A stretch of DNA of 62,748 nucleotides, the filler included, from Nitrospirota bacterium (GTDB lineage: Bacteria > UBA2233): the NCBI GenBank assembly GCA_011620345.1. It is 3 parts of 3 records of this genome, joined end to end, with 100 filler letters (N's around TTAATTAATTAA, not from the genome) between each part and the next. Parts side by side here need not be neighbours in the genome. Positions count along the whole stretch, not along the records: positions 42,011 to 62,748 come from WOZJ01000063.1; 2 more parts are not named here. One strand, written 5' to 3'. Position numbers and translations under genes: made by a program. Positions 57,412 to 62,748 of the stretch are shown here, one piece after another. Every line of letters starts with the position of its first letter. The first letter of the stretch is position 1. The notes under the pieces were generated by a model, which worked only from the letters and a program-made list of their open reading frames with translations, was not told the origin of the DNA and did not search any database.

Positions 57412-57880
57412 GCAAAGACGGCAGCGCTCGTTAGGCCAAGAAGATTCCTCGATGCCAAAATCGAGGGGTCTTGAGATGGGCTGGGTATCCCCGCTGGAGA
57501 GACCTAAAAAAGGTGAAACAAAATCATACACCACCCGGAGGGGTATTTTAGCGAGTACAACGGCAATATTCGCTTGCGATTGAGCAAGCTGCGTAATATT
57601 TGATACATTCCAGCCAAGAAAAGCCCCATCCTCGCTACGCGTTTGTCAGCGGTGTGAACCACGTAGCGGAAAACGCTTCCATGAGTGAGATCAAAGGGGG
57701 GGGCTGTTCGATACCTCTGCAAAAGAAGCCTTGAGGCTCATGCAAGAGGCCCATCAAAATATGTACAACGAATGGCCGCCTGCCGACGGGCATAGGAAAA
57801 ACTTCTCGGACCAAACCAGCAAAATAGGTAGAGGAATACCAGCCGTATGGAGCAAAGCCGGCAGCGCTCGTTAGGCCAAG
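57387..57880. repeat. Two 54-bp direct repeats (57387-57440 and 57827-57880)
   Basis: GGTAGAGGAATACCAGCCGTAT(T/G)GAGCAAAG(A/C)CGGCAGCGCTCGTTAGGCCAAG, 52/54 identical. Confidence 0.92.
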
Positions 57881-57898
57881 GAAATACGGCAATCAGGC

Positions 57899-58897
57899 CT
57901 AGTGGACAACCTGCATCACCTCGTCCAAAAGTTCCTTTGGAAAATCCTTCCCAACGAACCTGTCTGGCACCTTGGACGTTGCCTGCCTAAAATTGGCATA
58001 CTCCTCGGGGGTAAGTTTCACCACCTCCATCCCGTATTCCTGGAACGCCGCAAGTGATTTTTCCTCGACCTCTCTGGCTTTTCTGACAACAACGGGCTCG
58101 ATCTCCTTGATGAGCCCGATCACCACCTCGAAGTCTTCCTTGGAAAGCTGCTTTGCAAGCGATTCATAGCCCTTCTTTGTCATGGCGACCGAGGCGATGC
58201 TAGTGTACCACTTGGGAAAGTTTACGTATTTGAGCAGCGTAAACGTCTGCGTGCCGAGAACCCATACGGCCGGTCCCGGTGTCGCATCCAGCATGCCCGA
58301 GCGAAGCGCGGGGATCGATTCAACCTCTGAAATAGGTATGGGGCGGGTCCCGATGGCCTGGAGGATCTCCCCGCCCACGTCGTCCCAGGTGCACACCTTG
58401 ATGCTCGCCGCATCGTGAGGCGATCTTACTGGGGTGGTCTTCGTGTAGAGCTGGTTGTAGCCTTGCTCCAAGATGGCCAGCATTTGAAAGCCGTGCCGCT
58501 CGGCATAGGACTTGAGCCTGCCCCCGATGAGCGCCTTGGCCTTGTCGAGCTCTTCGTAGGAATCGAGCCGAAACGGCAAGACGGCCAGCACCTTGCTTTC
58601 TGGGCAGACAACGCGCGTTCCGAGCGTCGAAAAAGCACCGAGGTGAACCTGGCCAAGCTTAAGCTTCTTGATAACGTCGTGATCATTGCCCATCACCCCG
58701 CCCAGATAGGTAACGAGCTCGACCCTTCCTTGGGTGCGCTTTTTGATTTTCTCCTTCATGCCTTTAAGAATGTCGGCAAGCTCCGTTCCGTCAGGGGCAA
58801 GGGTTGCAACCTTGAGTTGTACCGTACCGGACCAGGATAGCGAAGGCAAGGCAAGATACAATGCCGCTAGAATCGTCAGGAACAAGCGCGTTGCCAT
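57899..58897 (-). CDS. TRAP transporter substrate-binding protein (DctP/TatP-like)
   Basis: Signal peptide, LKVATLAPDGT, YLGGVMG, ALRSGMLDA. Confidence 0.85.
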   Translation of the reverse strand: MATRLFLTILAALYLALPSLSWSGTVQLKVATLAPDGTELADILKGMKEKIKKRTQGRVELVTYLGGVMGNDHDVIKKLKLGQVHLGAFSTLGTRVVCPESKVLAVLPFRLDSYEELDKAKALIGGRLKSYAERHGFQMLAILEQGYNQLYTKTTPVRSPHDAASIKVCTWDDVGGEILQAIGTRPIPISEVESIPALRSGMLDATPGPAVWVLGTQTFTLLKYVNFPKWYTSIASVAMTKKGYESLAKQLSKEDFEVVIGLIKEIEPVVVRKAREVEEKSLAAFQEYGMEVVKLTPEEYANFRQATSKVPDRFVGKDFPKELLDEVMQVVH

Positions 58898-59026
58898 AAT
58901 TAAACCCCTTGGTTGTATTTTTTCCAAAGGTGCACTCTTTTTCCATATCATGAATATAACGTATATTCAAGCGCGGCGAAAAAAGAGGGTCTCTTTTAGG
59001 CGTCTATACTAGCAAAAAAGGAATCT

Positions 59027-59857
59027 TTAGGCTTTCTCGGATAGCGATGTCGTTATGCGCAAGACATCTTTTAGGATGGAACGAAACGCCGCCGGTGTGA
59101 CCATGTTCGGACCGTCGGAGAGCGCCCTGTCCGGGTCTGGATGCACTTCGAAGAACAGCCCATCCACGCCGACGGCCGCGGCCGCCCGCGCCAGGGGGGC
59201 GACGAACTCGCGCTTTCCGCCAGAACGCTCCCCCTCCGCCCCCGGAGCTTGGACGGAATGGGTGGCATCGAAAACGACGGGAACTCCAAGCCGCTTGAGA
59301 ATGTCGAGCGAGCGAAAATCGACGACCAGGTCTTGGTAGCCGAAGCTAGTCCCCCGCTCGGTCAAGAAGACCCTATCGTTTCCGGCATGCCTGGCTTTTT
59401 CAACAATCCCGCCCATTTGCTGGGGGGCCATGAACTGCCCTTTCTTGATGTTCAATGGCTTGCCCGTACGGGCCGCTTCCAGGACAAGGTCGGTCTGGCG
59501 GCACAAAAACGCGGGGATCTGGAGCACGTCTACGACTTCTGCCGCGGGTCTAGCCTGCCAAGGTTCATGGATATCGGTCAGGATCGCCACCCCGGCTTCC
59601 TTTTTGACCTTGGCGAGCACTTCCAGCCCTTCTTGGATCCCAGGCCCCCGAAAGCTTCCGTGAACACTTCTATTTGCCTTGTCGAAGGAAGCCTTGAACA
59701 CGAACCCGACGCCAAGCTCCTTCGTGATTCCTTTGAGCATCTTGGCGATCTCGAGCGTCAAGGCTTCCGACTCTACCACGCAAGGGCCCGCGATTATAAG
59801 CAACGGGCTTCCAGGGCCCAAAGAGAGCCCGGGAATGATCTCGATTCGTTCCATCAT
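59027..59857 (-). CDS. kdsA: 3-deoxy-8-phosphooctulonate synthase
   Basis: AGPCVVE, KASFDKANRS, PAFLCRQT, DATHSVQ. Confidence 0.96.
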   Translation of the reverse strand: MMERIEIIPGLSLGPGSPLLIIAGPCVVESEALTLEIAKMLKGITKELGVGFVFKASFDKANRSVHGSFRGPGIQEGLEVLAKVKKEAGVAILTDIHEPWQARPAAEVVDVLQIPAFLCRQTDLVLEAARTGKPLNIKKGQFMAPQQMGGIVEKARHAGNDRVFLTERGTSFGYQDLVVDFRSLDILKRLGVPVVFDATHSVQAPGAEGERSGGKREFVAPLARAAAAVGVDGLFFEVHPDPDRALSDGPNMVTPAAFRSILKDVLRITTSLSEKA

Positions 59858-61470
59858 CAACCCGGGATCCTCTGAGATGCATGCTTCCCTGCGGCCTCGA
59901 GGAACGAAACAAACAAAGGATGCGGGGCCAGCGGTTTGGATTCAAACTCGGGGTGGAACTGGCATCCCACAAACCAAGGATGTCCGGTAAGCTCGACTAC
60001 CTCTACCAAGAGCCCGTCTGGGGAGCGGCCCATAACGCGAAGCCCCCGCTCCTCAAGAAGGCTCCGGTACTCTGGGTTGACCTCGTAGCGGTGCCTGTGG
60101 CGCTCGTAGACCTCTTCCTTGCCGTAGGCGCGAAACGAAAGCGAGCCCGAAGAGAGGCGGCAAGGATAGGCCCCAAGCCGCATCGTCCCGCCCAAGTTTT
60201 GTTTGCTTTTCTGCTCCTCCAAAAGCGCGATGACTGGGTAGGGCGTGTTTGGCTCGAACTCTTCGGAGTTGGCATCTTCGAGCCCCAGCTCGTTCCTGGC
60301 AAACTCGACAATCGCAAGCTGCATCCCCAAGCAAATCCCGAAGAAGGGCAGGCCGGAGAGCCTGGCGTTCTTGATGGCCGCGAGCATACCCAGAATGCCC
60401 CTTTGGCCAAAACCTCCGGGAACAACGATCCCGTCAAGCCCTTGGAGCATCTCCTCGGCGTTTGTTTCCTCGAGCCTTTCCGAATCGATGTAGCGGATGT
60501 CCAAATGAAAACCCGTCTGGATACCTGCATGCACAAGGGCCTCTGAAAGGCTTTTGTAAGCCTCGGTAAGTCCCATGTACTTGCCTACCATACCTATGGA
60601 GAGCGTTTTCTCGAGCCCGTAGAAGCGCTCCACGAGCCTTCTCCAGCCCTCGAGCTTGGGTGCGCGTGTCCAGATGCTCAGCTTCTCTATAATCCGTTCG
60701 TCGAGCTTCTGAGCACCAAACAAAAGGGGCACCTCGTAGATGCACTCCACGTCCTTGGCCGTGATCACGCAGCTTGCCTCGACGTTCGTAAACAGCGCGA
60801 TTTTATCCTTAATGGCAGGAGGAAGATCTTGATTTGTCCGACAAAGCAAAATGTCTGGCTGGATTCCGATTTCCCGCAGCTCCTTGACGGAGTGCTGGGT
60901 TGGCTTGGTCTTGAGCTCCTTGGCCGTCTCAATGTACGGCACGAGTGTAACGTGGACAAAGAGGACGTTTTGCGCGCCCAATTCTCCTCGCATTTGTCTT
61001 GCGGCCTCCAAAAACGGGAGCGATTCGATGTCTCCCACCGTGCCCCCGATCTCGACGATTACGATGTCGGTTTCTGGGCTCATCTTGAAGAACGAGCGTT
61101 TGATCTCGTCGGTTATGTGCGGGATTACCTGAACAGTGTCGCCCAAGTAATCTCCCTTACGCTCTTTTTGAAGCACGCTGAAGTAGATCTTGCCCGAAGT
61201 GATGTTGTTGTCCTTCGTCATGCGCGCAAGCGTAAACCGCTCGTAATGACCAAGATCTAGGTCTGCCTCGGCCCCGTCACGGGTGACATACACCTCGCCG
61301 TGCTGGTATGGGTTCATCGTGCCCGGATCGACGTTGATGTAGGGGTCTAGCTTGATGAAGTTTACGTTGAGCCCCCTGGCCTCAAGGAGCGTCCCCATCG
61401 AGGCGCTGGCAAGCCCCTTGCCCAAAGAGGAAAGAACGCCGCCTGTTACAAAGATGAACTTTGGCCGCAT
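59857..61470 (-). CDS. pyrG: CTP synthase
   Basis: [30 protein letters not shown]. Confidence 0.97.
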   Translation of the reverse strand: MRPKFIFVTGGVLSSLGKGLASASMGTLLEARGLNVNFIKLDPYINVDPGTMNPYQHGEVYVTRDGAEADLDLGHYERFTLARMTKDNNITSGKIYFSVLQKERKGDYLGDTVQVIPHITDEIKRSFFKMSPETDIVIVEIGGTVGDIESLPFLEAARQMRGELGAQNVLFVHVTLVPYIETAKELKTKPTQHSVKELREIGIQPDILLCRTNQDLPPAIKDKIALFTNVEASCVITAKDVECIYEVPLLFGAQKLDERIIEKLSIWTRAPKLEGWRRLVERFYGLEKTLSIGMVGKYMGLTEAYKSLSEALVHAGIQTGFHLDIRYIDSERLEETNAEEMLQGLDGIVVPGGFGQRGILGMLAAIKNARLSGLPFFGICLGMQLAIVEFARNELGLEDANSEEFEPNTPYPVIALLEEQKSKQNLGGTMRLGAYPCRLSSGSLSFRAYGKEEVYERHRHRYEVNPEYRSLLEERGLRVMGRSPDGLLVEVVELTGHPWFVGCQFHPEFESKPLAPHPLFVSFLEAAGKHASQRIPG

Positions 61471-62198
61471 AGGAGGAATGCCTCGGCTTTTTGTAGGTCT
61501 TCTGGGGTATCGATGCCAAAACTTTGCGTTAGGGCAACGATTACGCGGAACTCGAAACCATGCTCTAGTGCCCTTAGCTGCTCGAGACGCTCGATTTCCT
61601 CGAGCGTTGCAGGAGGCAGGCCGGAAAACAGCTCGAGCGTACGGCGAGACATCGCATAAACTCCGTTGTGAACGAAAGCCCGTTTCGGCCCCTCTTGAGT
61701 CCTTTGCTGGCAAGGAATGGGGCTTCTTGAAAAGTACAGCGCCCTTCCTTGCGTATCCATCACGACCTTGACCCGGTTTTGGTCCTCAAACTCTTCCCAA
61801 CGAAGGATGGGGGCTGCAGAGGTATAAATTAGCCCATCCCTGCCTTCGTGAACAATCCCATCGCCTAGCGCCTTGAGTAGAGACGGGGCGATGAAAGGCT
61901 CGTCTGCTTGAAGGTTCATGATAAAGTCGTCTTCGACCCAAGGCAGTGCCTTGGCGATTCTGTCCGTTCCAGAGGCGCAAGGCTCGTCGACAAGCACCAC
62001 TTCGGCTCCCGCCTTCTTCGCTTCGTGAAGAACCCCCGAATGGTCGGAGACCACCACGATCCTCGAAAATATCCCAGCCTCTTTGGCCCGCCCGATCGTG
62101 CGTGTGATCAAGGCCTTACCGCCTAGCAAAGCAAGCGGCTTGCCAGGAAGCCTCGTCGAGCCAAAGCGTGCAGGGATCAAACAAGCAAGGCTTGGCAT
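61446..62198 (-). CDS. kdsB: 3-deoxy-manno-octulosonate cytidylyltransferase
   Basis: [32 protein letters not shown]. Confidence 0.95.
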   Translation of the reverse strand: MPSLACLIPARFGSTRLPGKPLALLGGKALITRTIGRAKEAGIFSRIVVVSDHSGVLHEAKKAGAEVVLVDEPCASGTDRIAKALPWVEDDFIMNLQADEPFIAPSLLKALGDGIVHEGRDGLIYTSAAPILRWEEFEDQNRVKVVMDTQGRALYFSRSPIPCQQRTQEGPKRAFVHNGVYAMSRRTLELFSGLPPATLEEIERLEQLRALEHGFEFRVIVALTQSFGIDTPEDLQKAEAFLLCGQSSSL

Positions 62199-62566
62199 GG
62201 GTACTCAACGGTTTAGGTTTCTTTCTGGAAGGCTGCCTTGCTTATCTTAACCCAAAGCCCCCCTGGAACCCAACGGCCCCGAAAGGCCGGACAATCGCGC
62301 TATATGCCATAGGAGGGTAAGAGGGAATAGGCATAGCGGTAACAGATGAAGAAAGCCATGCTCTCCGATCCGAGGCCTCATTTTTTATAATCCCCGCCCC
62401 TCGAGCTGGCCTCGTCCATTGTCGAGACGGCTCTCTATCTATAATGACGGCATTGCTGTTAACGCCGTGTCATTCTGGTGCTAAGCTAGAGGCTAAGCTA
62501 AATGGTAGAGGCTGACGAACATGAAAACATCGGTCGACGATCATCGATAACCATGGGGAGGAACCA

Positions 62567-62748
62567 ATGCATCAGCGGACAGTCATCATGGGTTCTCTGG
62601 CTCTTGGGCTCGCTTTCGCAACATCGGTGGCGCACGGATTGACGCCCACCGAACAGCTGGGCAAATTCATCTTCTTCGACCCCAAGCTGTCGATCAACGG
62701 CAATCAGTCCTGCGCCAGCTGTCATGCGCCGGAGGTTGGCTGGACAGG
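62567..62748 (+). CDS. Di-heme cytochrome c peroxidase / MauG family, N-terminus (runs off window; absent from ORF track)
   Basis: GGAGG RBS; translates MHQRTVIMGSLALGLAFATSVAHGLTPTEQLGKFIFFDPKLSINGNQSCASCH (CxxCH). Confidence 0.88.
   Translation, partial: MHQRTVIMGSLALGLAFATSVAHGLTPTEQLGKFIFFDPKLSINGNQSCASCHAPEVGWT

Noticed and set aside
57387-57880. The 54-bp repeats as a CRISPR array, DGR TR/VR pair or complete integron attC sites
   Set aside because: The 386-nt spacer is too long for CRISPR; mismatches are not adenine-specific on one strand and no reverse transcriptase is present; no paired RYYYAAC/GTTRRRY ends or integrase

Overview
This 62.7 kb window is three contigs joined by artificial N-TTAATTAATTAA-N linkers (18337-18436, 41911-42010), plus a 100-N scaffold gap inside fliG. 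The host is a Gram-negative, flagellated bacterium; dapL, kdsB-pyrG-kdsA and a TatP-like DctP suggest a deltaproteobacteria-like lineage. Contig 1 carries dapB-dapL-folK-lipA, an Fe/Mn-SOD, a PolX-PHP, cpoB, a ferredoxin, then lipoprotein, degenerate GGDEF, FlhB-C-like, TPR and flgBC-fliEFGHIJ-motE/ylxF-fliK'. Contig 2 starts with a foreign GC-rich SF1 (DNA2/NAM7-like) helicase, followed by stress and redox genes, metW-metX, hsp20-clpB, a ThDP enzyme, a radical SAM protein, an MBL hydrolase and fhs-metF. Contig 3 has the 3' half of a tRNA, a TnpB-only IS200/IS605 element whose ends can be placed to the base, an orphan globin-STAS gene, an acyl-CoA ligase remnant, ccdA and purMN. It continues with an eroded ftsE-ftsX-envC-ctpA locus, a short RNase HIII, an orphan csx16, a paired acyl-CoA dehydrogenase, a 54-bp direct-repeat region, dctP, kdsB-pyrG-kdsA and the start of a cytochrome c peroxidase. 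The best leads are the TnpB element (predicted TAM TCAT and guide), the orphan Csx16 between two structured non-coding segments, the degenerate FtsEX-EnvC module, the non-canonical PolX, the foreign helicase, and the structured leader plus dead GGDEF ahead of the flagellar genes. All calls come from reading motifs by eye; no database searches were run.
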